From: Heptranchias perlo
Taxonomy: Eukaryota
Length of the DNA stretch: 64,000 bases
Assembly (NCBI RefSeq): GCF_035084215.1
Contig: NC_090333.1
Location: forward strand, 27,466,001-27,530,000
Direction: 5' to 3'
The position numbers and the translations under genes were made by a program. Below are positions 23,090 through 34,841 of the stretch, in pieces; position 1 is the first letter of the stretch; each line of letters begins with the position of its first letter. The notes under the pieces are model-generated. The model was not told the DNA's origin, ran no database searches, and saw only the letters and a list, made by a program, of their open reading frames with translations.

Positions 23090-25821
23090 GTAAGTATAGT
23101 ACTTTAATTATTTTCCTCCTCCCTTATGTAATCTCTGTAATACTACAGAGCTCCTCCATTCAAGAGTACAGGCAGGAGATGTGCTGCCAACCCCATTCTA
23201 TCATGAGCCATTAGGTGAAGCACCCAAGAGTGGCAAGGAGTGAAAAGCTCTCTTGATTTTTTTCCTCCCTTCCACTGAAAAAAACACCACCCCTTTGCTT
23301 AGTGACTCACCACGGTGGCAGAGTTAGGAATTGTGCATATGGACTGATGTCCTATTATGGACCTCGAGAATGTATTCAACACCCTTTGTTTAATGTGTTT
23401 TTAAAGGGAAGGAATATTTAGGGGGAGTAATTTTTGTTCAAGATATTCCGTCTAATTTTCATTCTTATTAAAGAATTTTTTTTCTCTGTCCTGTGTGGTT
23501 GAATAATTTTTCTGAGTGTCTTTTTTTATATGTTTCTATAGTGATTGGATGTTGCAATTGGAACAGTTGCCAAACTTATTATTCATTCACAAGTCCTGCA
23601 ATTTGTGGATTTTTGTCCCCTTTTAAAATATTTTATTCTATATAAATTTACATGATCTTAGGACATAGCTCCTATTGTTTATGGACTTTTTAATGCTTCT
23701 GATTTCAAATGGGAAATCGTAAAATGTAGAAAACTATATTTAAATTTCCCACAAACATTAAAACAATCTGCAAATTGCTGGATTCTTAAGTGAATCATAA
23801 TGTTGGTGTGAACCAATCCAATCATTCAATTACACCACCAGATAATGAGTTCTCTTAACATCCAATCTGTAATCTCCTGCATATGTGCTCATCTTTACAA
23901 AGTACCATGCAGTTGGCATTGACAGTTTGCCATTTTTATTGCTTTGATAGATTAGGCAACTTGCGTGACAAGCTCATCCGTCAGGGCCTGAAGGATGTAC
24001 GCTATATGATCGTGAATGAGAAAACACCTCAATCCAGGGCTATGATCTGGGAACTCAAACGGCATGCTCCCAAGGATGTTGCTGTCTACCAGCAATCGCC
24101 ATTTCAACCTGATGTCTGGCGCATCCTGCAGGGTAACAAGGATGACTTCCTCATCTACGATAGGTTGGTCGCTTTGAGAGGTTAATTTTACACAAAAAAA
24201 GTTAAAGTTTAAATTGTAGCACTGAGTGGCATATTTGTTGCTAGTAAACAAATTCCTTCCCCTTCAATTATTTGTGTACAATCGTGGTTAGGACCACTGG
24301 GAAAGTTGGAATAAGGAAGGATTTGCACCAGCACTCTCTGTAATTGTGCTAACAAAATGGCAGAATCTTTCTGCTTTTATTATTGAAATATTTAACAAAA
24401 TAAGCAAAGTTTATTTTTGCCCCAACTTTCTCTCCTTGTAACGTGAAGATGGTGCCTCATGCTGGGATATGGTTACATGGTGGTACTGGCCCTTTGCTAT
24501 TTCACCCAAGCAGTCATGTGTGAGCATGTTTGCCATTATTGCCAAACCTGATCTGGTCCTCGTTGATGTGCATGCATGTACATGCTTTCTAGCAGGAATC
24601 ACTGCATAGCAATCAGCAATAAGAATCCCGGTTGATACTATATATTTTTGCCCTTCTGTATTCCTGAGACACTGAGGCTAATTGTAGTCATCTCCATCTG
24701 AGATTAACGAAATGAATAGGCCAGGTGAAAAACTTGGAATCTTCCTGGTTTCAGTACTACACACTGATTTATTCATCCACTGGGGAGTTAGCCAAATGTA
24801 ATTTTTGTGGCTAAAATGAGGTTAGCTGGTTCAGTCAATGCTCCTAGAAATGTGTTTGAACAGTGTGGGGAGTTACATATCCCTTCGCAACCAATTCAGC
24901 CAAAATTAGAGAAATTTACCATTTCGGAGAGATTTGAATGTAAAATCTTTTAAAAAAATCTGGTCTCCTTGTTGGGAACTGAGGGATCAAACTTTAAGAC
25001 AGGCTAAACATTATTGATTTGCTTATTGAATTTGGATTAATGAACTAAACGAGTATATACTCACTATTATATCTTTAACATTGAGTAGTTGTCTTCTAAA
25101 GGCATCTGCACTATGATTTACAAGAAATGGGATTGTTTACAATGGCGACTAACATTTCACTTCAAGGTATTTAATCCCATTCTTGTGATGTTTTCTCTTG
25201 TTTCTTTCCTAGATGTGGTAAATTGACCTTTCATATCGTATTACCATATAGCTACCTCCATTTTCGCTATATTGAAGCAGCAATCCAAGCTACATATAAC
25301 AAGGATATATGCGGGAACTGTAGTGTCAGCGACATTAGTCTGGAGGTAATTGTTAGCATTAATTGACAATCTCAATCTCAGAAAGACAGCAATGATGGCT
25401 GGTAAACATAAAGGTTGTTCTAGTGCAAAAATACAGTGTTTATGGCATCATTATACCTCTTAAATTGTGTCATGATGCAATCTGCAAGCAAATAGACGTG
25501 ATTAAGATAGTCATGTCTGATTTACTGTAGTTCATAGGAGACTGATCACTAATCCATTTCTTGCAGACAGAGAGAAACATTACCACCACCTACAAGGCAA
25601 ACTTTACTGAATCTAACACCACAAGTCTGGCGACAAGTCAGGCTTTTGAAAATAAAGCAATTAAGCTGGCGCAGCATGTGTATAGTAAACCTCATCCTGA
25701 CCACAATGAACAAGGAAACCTGGACAGCTTGGCTGCAAATGCTAGCCATCAGCATCATTTCAATAACAACCAAGATGGAAATCTGGAGAATGAGGATGCT
25801 CAGAGATCAGAGCAGGTATAG
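22884..25821 (+). CDS. SELENOP2: Selenoprotein P2 (SelPb), 268 aa, single Sec; join(22884-23089,23951-24163,25213-25345,25567-25821)
   Basis: Signal peptide MMGLEMSLLTILLGLTITMAVA, then RICQVAPHW...GQVVVVALLKAS-U-QFC (TGA at 23061-23063), KDDFLIYDRCGKLTFHIVLPYSYL and CGNC, all SelP N-terminal domain motifs. GT-AG introns in phases 2/2/0; SECIS downstream; no Sec-rich C-tail. Confidence 0.93.
23951..24163 (+). CDS. SELENOP2: SELENOP2 coding exon 2
   Basis: GATAG| LGNLRDKL...KDDFLIYD AG|GTTGGT; 213 nt, phase-compatible. Confidence 0.93.
25213..25345 (+). CDS. SELENOP2: SELENOP2 coding exon 3
   Basis: TTTCCTAG| CGKLTFHIVLPYSYLHFRYIEAAIQATYNKDICGNCSVSDISLE |GTAATT. Confidence 0.9.
25567..25821 (+). 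CDS. SELENOP2: SELENOP2 last coding exon (Thr/Asn/His-rich tail)
   Basis: TTTCTTGCAG| phase 0, open to TAG at 25821; N-glycan sequons NIT, NFT, NTT, NAS; His cluster HQHH. Confidence 0.8.
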   Translation, partial: TERNITTTYKANFTESNTTSLATSQAFENKAIKLAQHVYSKPHPDHNEQGNLDSLAANASHQHHFNNNQDGNLENEDAQRSEQV

Positions 25822-26610
25822 AAATAAAAGAGGCTGCTTAAGGAACAAGAGCTAGAATAACTGGCGACTACAGGACAACTGTCAGCATCAACCCTAATGA
25901 TTCACAAATTGCCAAAAAAGAATCCTGGTCTAATATTAACAATTTTGAAGTGTCTTCAATTTTTAGTTGAGGGATATGACATCGCCCATAACAAACATTT
26001 TTTTGTGCTTTTGTGAAGTGTTCTTTCTTATGATAATGGAGCCTAGAGATGACACTAGTCTCATTTGCTCTTGATTATGAGCTGTTTTAACAGTAACAGT
26101 GAAATCCAAGTAAAACCGTTAAAGGCAAGATTGAAATGAACATCGTGATAAACTTGTGTGCCAGTGTAGTGCCCTATGTGATGGCAGCTATTGTTTTTGG
26201 GCCCACAATAAAGCACATTCCAGGTCAAAGGCAGGCCCCACTCCAGCTGCCCCTGTGAGTGTGGGAAAATCAGAGGACCAGTCACTTTGACCTCACCTGA
26301 CTCCAAGCTGTTCTCCTGCATCTCCTTTGAGGAGAGGTACAGAATAGCAGTTTGGGGCTGAGAACAAGACAAATTCCAACCTTCTTAGCAACCCTGTGGA
26401 GGGTGCTTTGGAAAAACAGAGGTAACATATAGATTAAAAAAAAGTATGATTTTAAAAATAGCTTGTCACATATTATTTCAGATTTTTTTCCCTGTCTATT
26501 CCACTGAGATGACTCTATGGTTATCTATGTTTATTATATGAAGGATTTAGGGTACTGTTACTTTAGCACAGAAGGTTCTTTATGGCTTCATAATATTAAA
26601 ATGAAAAGAT

Positions 26611-27361
26611 GGTCCAGAAATTTCTGTGGGTGGCGAACGAACGGCGCTTCCCGCTCCATAGATTTATTCTCACCCACAAACTTACCACAGTCTTTACTGT
26701 GTGAAGTTCCTCTAATTCAGTGCTGAAGAGTGACCAGCTTTACCTCCAGCAGATAGGACCATGCGAGCGACGAGAGGATCGCTCTCTCCCCTCGACCAAT
26801 CAGATTTCAGCATTTTTGACACGCTACAAAGAGTCAGTGAGTCAAAACCAGAAGTTAGAAACAGCAAAATAAAGAGAGGGTAAGGAATATCGAATTAAAA
26901 GAGATAGAAAGAAAAAGCAAAAAAATTAATTTTTAAAAAATTAAATTTAAATAAAATGTAATTTTTTAAAAAAGAATGTCCAACAACTCTTAAAATCACA
27001 ATTAATGAAACTCCACATTTTTAAAATTTAATTTTCAGTGTCAGAGAGGTTGTTTGGCAGTCATTAAGACTTATCACGTTGTTAAATCTTAGATTGGAGC
27101 TGATATGTGAGTGTACCTTTTTTGTGGTGATATTACTTAGTTTCCAGCAGGAGAGTAAGTTGGCGCTAGTCCATTGATCCCAGCCGGTGAGGTCCCTTTT
27201 AATGTGAGTCTGTGATATCGCCTGCGAATAAGGACGAACAAGTTCTGGATGTTCGCGTGTAACAGCACGTGCGCGGATGCTGGAACTTGCTCTTTGATTT
27301 TTCTACCAATAACGGTGAGCACTGTTGAGCTCACCATTATTTTAGAAGCAATTTCTGGGCT
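26611..27361. mobile_element. MITE-like non-autonomous TIR element in the SELENOP2 3' UTR
   Basis: Imperfect TIRs GGTCCAGAAATTT...TGGCGAACGAACGGCGC versus ...GCACTGTTGAGCTCACCA...AATTTCTGGGCT; homologous copy at 49441-50205. Confidence 0.75.
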
Positions 27362-27410
27362 GATATTTCTTTTATGTGCTATTCAGTGGAAGTTTTTCCT
27401 CTTGCTTTCA

Positions 27411-27471
27411 TGTGCTCAATGAAGTCTTTGGTTCAAACTAGTTACTAGTAGCTACAGACAGACACTGCACA
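27411..27471 (+). promoter_or_regulatory. Type II SECIS element of SELENOP2
   Basis: Helix I UGUGC/GCACA; core AUGAA (27419-27423) with AGAC (27460-27463) giving tandem G.A pairs; helix II GUCUUUGGUU/AGCUACAGAC (9 of 10 paired); unpaired AAA at 27435-27437; mini-stem CUAG-UUA-CUAG. Confidence 0.9.
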
Positions 27472-28546
27472 GATACAGCTCAAAGGAAAGGCTTTTGACT
27501 GATAGTACTGGCTGCCAGGACACTTTAAAAAAAAATCTATAAAAGTATTCTGCTTTTGAAATTTGGCCAATTTTCTCACCTGCCATATACAGTTGGCTTT
27601 TAAGTGGAAATTATTCAATAGGGAGCTCCATAGATCAGTTACCAATCTAAAACAGATGGTTGCATCAAATTAACCATACTGATTCCAAAATATTTGTGAA
27701 TTTAACATTTCCCCAAACTACTATCCTTCTCAGCTTTGCACCCATTTTCTGGTAAATTATCCCTTATCATTGGTCAGTTTGGCCTTTTCACCTGTACTGA
27801 TGAGAGATGGCAGCAAGCCTGCTCCCAGTGACCCATGTATCTAATTGCTAGGAGGTGCTGAGACGTGTGCACTAGTTACTTTCTCATTTTTCTCTCCACC
27901 TGCAAAGAAATGCTGCAGCATCCATGTGGCGTGTCCCTGATCAATAACTGGGTGGAGGTGGAAACTGAATTGACAGTGTTCGCGCTCTAATATGCAACGT
28001 TGACATTTTTTCCCCTTACCCATCCTTTTCTGGGTGACTTGTGTTGAAGTAGGATTCCTTGGGTTGCAGCAATCCTCCAATTCCTCACCTAAACATCTAT
28101 CCTTCATTGTTGATTTCAGACTCCGTGTGGGCTATTTTATCGTGAAAGTGTCACAACTGAGGCAGATTCCATCCTTTTAGCATCCCGGTCGTTAACCTGG
28201 CAGAGATTAGTCCCTTCTCAATTTTTTGTTTTGTTTGATGAAATCTCTTAGAAACCCCCAAATACATTTTTATTGCCCCACACAAATACTACAAATGAGT
28301 GCGATGTAGGTGTTTTTTCCTGATTTACTGGTGCAACTAGTTTCAGTCATCCATCAGCTAGGGAGAGATAGAAGAGCTACCAGCTGGGGCTATTAGCATT
28401 CAATAGGGTGTGTTACATTTGGACAAAAGGTGGGAGACTGTTTCAGACATAACTGGCTAAGGATTATGCCTCATTTATGTGAACAGGAAATATGTTGCAG
28501 CCTGTGTCCAAAAATCTGTGTTTTTAAAAACATCTGTAATTTTAAC

Positions 28547-28647
28547 AATAAAAAATAATCTTTCTGTCTTTCTTGTGAATGATATAGTGATCAGTAAGTC
28601 ACTAATGAAATTGGATTTACAGTTACTCTAACATATGTGAAAATAAA
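28547..28647 (+). terminator. Candidate distal poly(A) signals of SELENOP2
   Basis: AATAAA at 28547-28552 and 28642-28647, downstream of the SECIS and followed by T/GT-rich sequence. Confidence 0.45.
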
Positions 28648-30449
28648 AGTCAGTGTTTGGAGGAAAAAAACATGCACTGGATTACATGTTAGTGCAGTTG
28701 TACATTTTTTTATGCAGCACTTACAAGACCACACATTCATGAGTCTATTGGCATAACTGCATAGTGGTAGAGCAGGTCTACAGATTTCATTATCAAGTTG
28801 GCTCTCAATGGGGGAGCGGTGACAGGTGGGCAGGGCTTACCCTACCTTTTCTGGAGGTGGTGCCCATAGCAAGAGTCAGTGTGCTGCCATCTTCCTTGCT
28901 GTATCAACCTGGTTTTCACTCTGCCAAGGTGTGTTATGTCGTTGGTGAAGGGGTTGGAATTGTATGGGCTTCTAGACTGCTTGGTACCCTCCCAGGTCTA
29001 GACAGAAATTGTATGTTATGCTCTATGAATATGCCCCACACGTGCTTGATCTGTATGTGAGGCTTAATCATGGAAGGGTGGGGGAGAGATGTATTCTCTT
29101 GCTATTGAAAGTAAGAGTTCATCTCAGCAACTCTCGGACACAGATCAGGCAGGAAGGAAAGTGGGACCAAAGGGATTGTATAACCTTTTGTGATCTAGGT
29201 AGCTGCCCAGAATTTTATGATTTTGGAGCAGGATTGGAACTTGTGCGAGGCTTACCAGTTTGGCCTCATACTCTCCATCTTTTCTTCGACAGAGAGGGGT
29301 GAATTCTGTGGAGCTTATGTGGGGTGTGGTATGGTGTATGAATATCAATTGGCTCCTTTACATTTTACTGCATACGATTGTGAGGGTTTGTTTCCAATTT
29401 TCCTTTGTTATTTGGTAGCCTGGGTTACATCATTTGTCATTACTTTGGAATTTATGTGGCGGTGAGTCCAATGTTTAGGATGGAAATTTGTTTGCGTACC
29501 ATTGGTTTATTTTTTTAAGGGAAAAGTAGATAATTATTGAAAGTAGAGGAAGATACAAGATTATTGGGAGAGAACAGGCAGTGGAATTAGTTTTGGATTG
29601 CACTATCAAAGAGCTGGCACAGACCTGATGGGCTGAATGGTCTCTTTCTGTGCTCCAAACAATGTTGAAGTTACACAGTAGGACAAAGACATTTCAATTG
29701 ATCCTTTTGATATACAGAAATATATATTAGTTTTTAAAAAAGTGAATTGAAAGTCTGCAGTGTATTAAAGGGGTAACATTGCCCCTTGGGTTTATATCAG
29801 TTTCTAGGGCTTTCTCATTTATAAACTCTACTGTAATGTTGGCCTTCAAAGAAAGGTCATAACTGCAGCAAGTGCCATTGTCTGCTAAACCTGTGACATT
29901 CAAGAGGCAGCCTATGGACTAAATGCACACGGTGAGCTTCTTTAATCTGGCCCAGATAGCTCCTGTAGTTCCCTTCTTCTTTGTACTTGGGCACAAAGCC
30001 AACTTTGGCACCTTCAAGCTGTTTAAAGCTCCTGGATGTAGAGGACTGGAAACTGCTGTTCACTAGTTGGTAACCAGTCAGGAAGCAACCTTTACCAGAC
30101 CTCCAGGGCCACCTGAAGCATTCTCTCCTGTTTTAGTGAATCCAGTCAGATCTCTCCAGGGTTCACAGAAGCAAGGGAGATAATGGAATCTTTCCAAATA
30201 TATAATGTGACTTAAAAAAGGGAGAAGAGGAGGAAAGAAAGAAGTAGAGAAGAGATAGCACCAGAGAACAAAGAGCGGAGGGACAGATAGGGCCAGAGGG
30301 GAGAGACAGACAGAAAGGATCACAGGTGGAAAAAGAACCAAAAAAACAGGGATGGAGTAAGAATACAGAGAAAGAACAAGAAGAGGACAGTGAAAGAAGC
30401 AGGCTTTCGGAGATGGAGGCCTCATATGGCCTCACTTCATTGTATAAAA

Positions 30450-30710
30450 TTAACTTATATTTATATAGCACCGTACACGTCAGGATGTTCCAAAGCGCTT
30501 CATAACCAATAAATTGCTTTTAAAGTGTAGTCATTGTTGTTTTATAGGCAAACGTGGTAGCCAGTTTGTGCACAGCAAAGTCCGAGAAACACCAAAGAGA
30601 TAAATGACCAGCTAATCTGTATTTTTTGGAGGTGTTGATTGAGGGATAAATATTAGCCAGGACACTGGGATAACTCCCCTGTTTGTTGTCAAATAGTGAC
30701 ACGGGATAAT
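30450..30710 (-). mobile_element. Deu-type SINE 3' part
   Basis: Same conserved blocks as the other copies. Confidence 0.6.
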
Positions 30711-31306
30711 TTACATTTTTCTACTTCCTAGCCTGAAGTCAAATTGTGGTGCCCCTATCACCATTCTGCCTGGGATTACTAATGTGACACAGACAAGGAA
30801 TCGAAGCTGGGAATTTCCTGCTCTATGGCTCAGTATCATACTGGCACTGCATTTACCAAATTCCTTTCCTAAAGGTGCTGACTCATGTTGGAGCACAGTG
30901 CCTCACCCAAATGTCCATTCTTCATGATTTAGCCTAGACAGTGAGTGCTGCTGGGTTTTTGATTATGCGGTATCACAGCTGCGCCTTATCCTATCCTCTG
31001 AAACCAGATGTGCACATTCCAACAGAGATCATCAGATAGCAATTAGAGGTGAGAACCCCAGGCTGATGCTGTCGACAATCAACGTAAATTTGACCATAAT
31101 TCTTTCTTCCCTTGTCAATTTTCTCCCCTGCTCGCCTAAAGGCAGGAACTGCTTGCTCATTATCATTCTATGGATGCATTCCAGTATTTTGCCCAAGTGG
31201 CCATTATTCATTTATAAGCTTTGATAGCGAGTGTTGGCAGGCTGTTTGACCACAGGAGGCGTCATTTCCAAGCACCCACGTTAGACCTGATGTCCACGCA
31301 CATGTA

Positions 31307-31981
31307 GGGCTGAATTTCCCTCTGCTGTGGTTTTGTTGTCGGTGGTGGGAGGGTAGGGCAGAATTTCTACTCACCCTTCGCTGAACCCGACCCATTTTCC
31401 TGCTTGGGGCTTATCAATTAGGCAGCATAAGCTTCAGCCAGTATCTCCAGTACACAGAGGGAATCTGCCAATGCTGTCAAGATAAAGTCAGTGGTGTTGC
31501 AGAAGTGGGAGTATGATTTAAAGGGGGCAGAAGTGCCCTTAAGACAAATTCTCAGAAAAGGCTCTCTCTGAGCTGAGGGACTCACAGTTCAAGTAAGGGG
31601 CATGAAGAGAGGGAGAGTTGACCATTACTAGGTCCTCTCCCTCCGACAATGGCCTTAACGAGATTCCCGCTGTTACCCCAAGGTGTACTGCCATCTCTTT
31701 CCTGGCAGTCCCTGGGGTTAGCAGTAAAGGTGGTGGTAAAGAGAGAAATTGGTTGGGTCCCTGGGCCCCACCTGCCCGTTGCCATTTATATGTGACAGTA
31801 TGGTCACTGGATGGCTGGCCAACTTCCCTCTTGGGGTGGGTGGAGGAACATTCCCGACGGTGGTGGTGGGGTGGGGAGGCTGCAACAGGCTTTCCATTTC
31901 ATATTACCTGTGCCATTTTCTGTTTCACACTACCTCAGTACCATCTGAAGTCGGGTGGGTTTTGCCAGAAAAATCCAGGCT
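31307..31981. mobile_element. Possible old MITE
   Basis: Ends GGGCTGAATTT and AAAATCCAGGC form a weak inverted pair; interior non-coding. Confidence 0.3.
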
Positions 31982-32651
31982 ATAATTCCAGCAGAAGTCA
32001 CTGGACAAAGATCTGGAACAGGAATCCTAGTCAATTTTCATCTCCTCACCCTGGTAGATCAATTAACAGCATAGCCTGGAGGTAAATGTTACCCTAGATT
32101 AGAAATTGGGTGAGGAATGTCACCTTGCCCTGGAATTAATGTAGGCGTGAGGAGAGGAGAAGCCAAACTTCCAGGCCATGAGAAACCTCTAAATACAACT
32201 ACTATGTTTAGAAGCATAAAGAAAAGGTGTTAAGCATTTAGGTTCAGTGCAACTTTGGGTCAATAAGGTTTGAGTCATACTTATTACTTATACAATAGAT
32301 TTGCACTTTAAACCACAAGAAGTCAGCACTGAAATAGACGTTTCCTTTATTGGTTTGTTTTTTTAACTACGCTTCTGGTGTTTAGAAAACAGTTCCAATA
32401 TGGGCCACACCAGATGTTCAACAGAAGACATGGATATTACTGGATAACAAAGTGAAATTTGGAGACTGGATCTTAAAAGTGTTAGAGGCAAGAACAGATG
32501 AAAACCATACTGATTATTCAGATTGTGGGAATAGTGGAATCTTGGAATAATGCTGACCTTCTTAGAATCCCATAATTTGGCATGTTAAAAACACTATGAA
32601 TACTACCAGATGCATTGGGCATATAGAACCTGAAATAGATGGAGAAAATTT

Positions 32652-33906
32652 TCACAAAGAGACAGTGTCAGGGACAGAATGGACACTTGATTTCTGGCTA
32701 TCTGAGTTTGATTCAGACAGTACTGGTGTTTCACTGTACTCATGTTTGATGGTTAAAACCTCATGCTTTGCTGGCTTTAAATCAGATAGTCTAGCTGCAA
32801 TAGAGTCTGAATACCCCTGGTTGTCTGATGAACTTAAGGAATCACTCATAGCTGGGCAAACTATGGCAGGTTGCTGTTGATCAAGTTCCACCACATACTT
32901 GTGAATATTAGCATACATTTCATCCAGAAAAAGAGAGGTTGGGAAGATTTGTTCTAGGGATTTCTCAGTATTTGAGGGAGAACTATGCAGGGAGCTGTCT
33001 TCACCTGAGGCAACGTCCACTGGTGGCTTTGGGAAAGGCTTGTTTTCAATCCGTGTACTATTACAGTCACCTGCTTCACGATTAAGCAGACTTGGTTCCT
33101 CTAGTATCTTCTTGTACCTTACTGGTAATATGTTGCGAGCTTTCCAAATCTTTCTTTTCTTGCATTCCTCATTTCCTGAGCAACACACTCTAGTTTTAAT
33201 GGATAAATCACTGTTGTTCTTAATCCAGTGTAGTAATGGATGGTACACCTGTCCCCCATATTTCACAGCATTCACCCATTCTATTATCTCTTTTTTCTGG
33301 TTTCTGGTCTTCCTCAAGTGAAACAGACAACAGGTGACAGTTGTTAATATCATACATGCTCCAAAGGTAATGAAAAAGGGACAAATCCAATCTGAAAATA
33401 AAACAGATATGTGTATTCTTGTATCTATTTATAACAGATATAAAAGATTAATTAAGATTTTGACTTATTTCTGTCTTCAATGCTGTGTAGAAATTCTTCC
33501 AAGATATTCTCGGTTACTGCCTTCAGCCTTCCTCAGGCTCTCATTGCATTAAGAAGTCTAGTTCAATCTCTCTCATTGTGCATTCCTGAAAGCTAATTTC
33601 TAACAATATCTTTTAAGATGAGCGGAAGCATCATGGGAGTATTTCTACATAACAAAAACAACAGGAATAAGGCAGAAAGCTAATACATACATATATTGAT
33701 AGCTGAAAGTAAATATTAAGGCTGTAGTTTTCTCTTAGGATTCAGTTGACATTATATACAAGAGCAAAACATTAATGTATTATGCCTAAGTAATAACAGT
33801 TATTAGTACTTTGGGACGTCACAAGGCAATATATAAATGCAAATTCTTTCTAATGTGTGATTTGAAATCCTAATGATATTACATACTTACTATTCGGCAT
33901 TATCAT
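32652..33906 (-). CDS. TEX38: TEX38-like single-pass membrane protein, 251 aa; complement(join(32652-33391,33891-33906))
   Basis: Exon 1 ATG ATA ATG CCG AAT A|GTAAGT; acceptor TTTTATTTTCAG| at 33392/33391; phase 1. N-terminus WICPFFITFGACMILTTVTCCLFHLRK...IIEWVNAVK...VYHPLLHWIKN matches, by recall, human TEX38 [27 protein letters not shown]...QQWVEVMR...TYSPLLYWINK. Minus-strand AATAAA at 32351-32346. Confidence 0.75.
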
Positions 33907-33999
33907 CTTAATTGGGTAAATATTTTCAGGGTCAAATGCTTTCTTGAGCCTCAGAGAGATGGACCTGTTGATTTTGCCCCTTCAGCTTTTGGAATGAAT

Positions 34000-34090
34000 G
34001 TGAGTGACGTCAACGATCTTTCTGTGACGTAATCAGTCTTCGTGAAACAATAAAGTCCGTTTCCTGTCTGCGCATGCGCGGGCGGGCTCA
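34000..34090. promoter_or_regulatory. Proximal promoter cluster on the TEX38-like side: CRE, CRE variant, NRF1, GC box
   Basis: TGACGTCA 34005-34012, TGACGTAA 34025-34032, TGCGCATGCGC 34069-34079, GGCGGG near 34081. Confidence 0.7.
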
Positions 34091-34454
34091 CCATTCTGGG
34101 ACTTGACATTTACCGAAAGAACCGAATAGGGACTTTAATAAAGACGCAAACCGTTTAATGCAAACTTCGTTGTGATCCTGATGAAAAGATCCGAAACCAG
34201 AAAAAAGTAATCCGTAGCTCGAAAAGAGGGATTGAAAAGCAAAACAATAGCGAATCTACGATTCTGATAAAGATGATGAACGGCCTCGTCCACCGACACC
34301 GGGCCGTTCCAGGAGATCTCGGCCCTGATTGGCCGACGGCGAGCTGCGTTGTGATTAGCCGATTGTGACCATTCCCGAACACGCAAGGATCTTGCCCAGT
34401 TTTGATTGGTTCTTTGGTAAGACCACTGATTGGCTGAGGGGTCAGCAATGAGCG

Positions 34455-34811
34455 CACTGATTGGCTGAATCTTAGCGAGGTGCGCACCGATTGGCTGAGT
34501 CTCGGCGAGGTGCTCACCGATTGGTTGAGTCTCAGCGAGGTGCGTACTGATTGGCTGAGGCTCAGCGAGGTGCTCACCGATTGGCTGAGTCTCGGCGAGG
34601 TGCTCACCGATTGGCTGAGTCTCGGCGAGGTGCTCACCGATTGGTTGAGTCTCAGCGAGGTGCTCACCGATTGGCTGAGTCTCGGCGAGGTGCTCACCGA
34701 TTGGCTGAGTCTCAGCGAGGTGAGCACTGATTGGCTGAGTCTCGGCGAGGTGCTCACCGATTGGCTGAGTCTCGGCGAGGTGCTCACCGATTGGCTGAGT
34801 CTCAGCGAGGT
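34455..34811. repeat. 30-bp tandem repeat, 12 copies, each carrying an NF-Y CCAAT box
   Basis: Consensus GATTGGCTGAGTCTCGGCGAGGTGCTCACC; ATTGG at 34460 and every 30 bp to 34790; additional ATTGG at 34429, 34405 and 34328. Confidence 0.97.
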
Positions 34812-34841
34812 TGCCGCCCCACGGATGGCAGTGGAGAGTCG
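34811..34841 (+). other. DPH2: Probable DPH2 exon 1 (3' part), containing an in-frame ATG at 34825
   Basis: Donor CG|GTGAGT at 34841/34842, just after the CCAAT array. ATG GCA GTG GAG AGT CG joins in frame to the acceptor at 39396 or 39399. Confidence 0.6.

Noticed and set aside
26056-26135. Alternative SECIS candidate ATGAG...AGAT
   Set aside because: Helix II needs bulges next to the core and the apical region is large and unstructured; far weaker than 27411-27471.
28578-28612. Second SECIS candidate ATGAT...TGAA
   Set aside because: Only about 7 bp of helix II and no correctly spaced AA loop.
28764-29465. Cluster of short ORFs, possible retroelement relic
   Set aside because: No motif I could assign with confidence.
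33465-33645. Possible extra TEX38-like exon after a good minus-strand acceptor
   Set aside because: Stops in all three frames and no convincing donor.
34455-34811. CRISPR-like appearance of the 30-bp array
   Set aside because: Units are contiguous with no unique spacers, there are no cas genes, and the context is eukaryotic.
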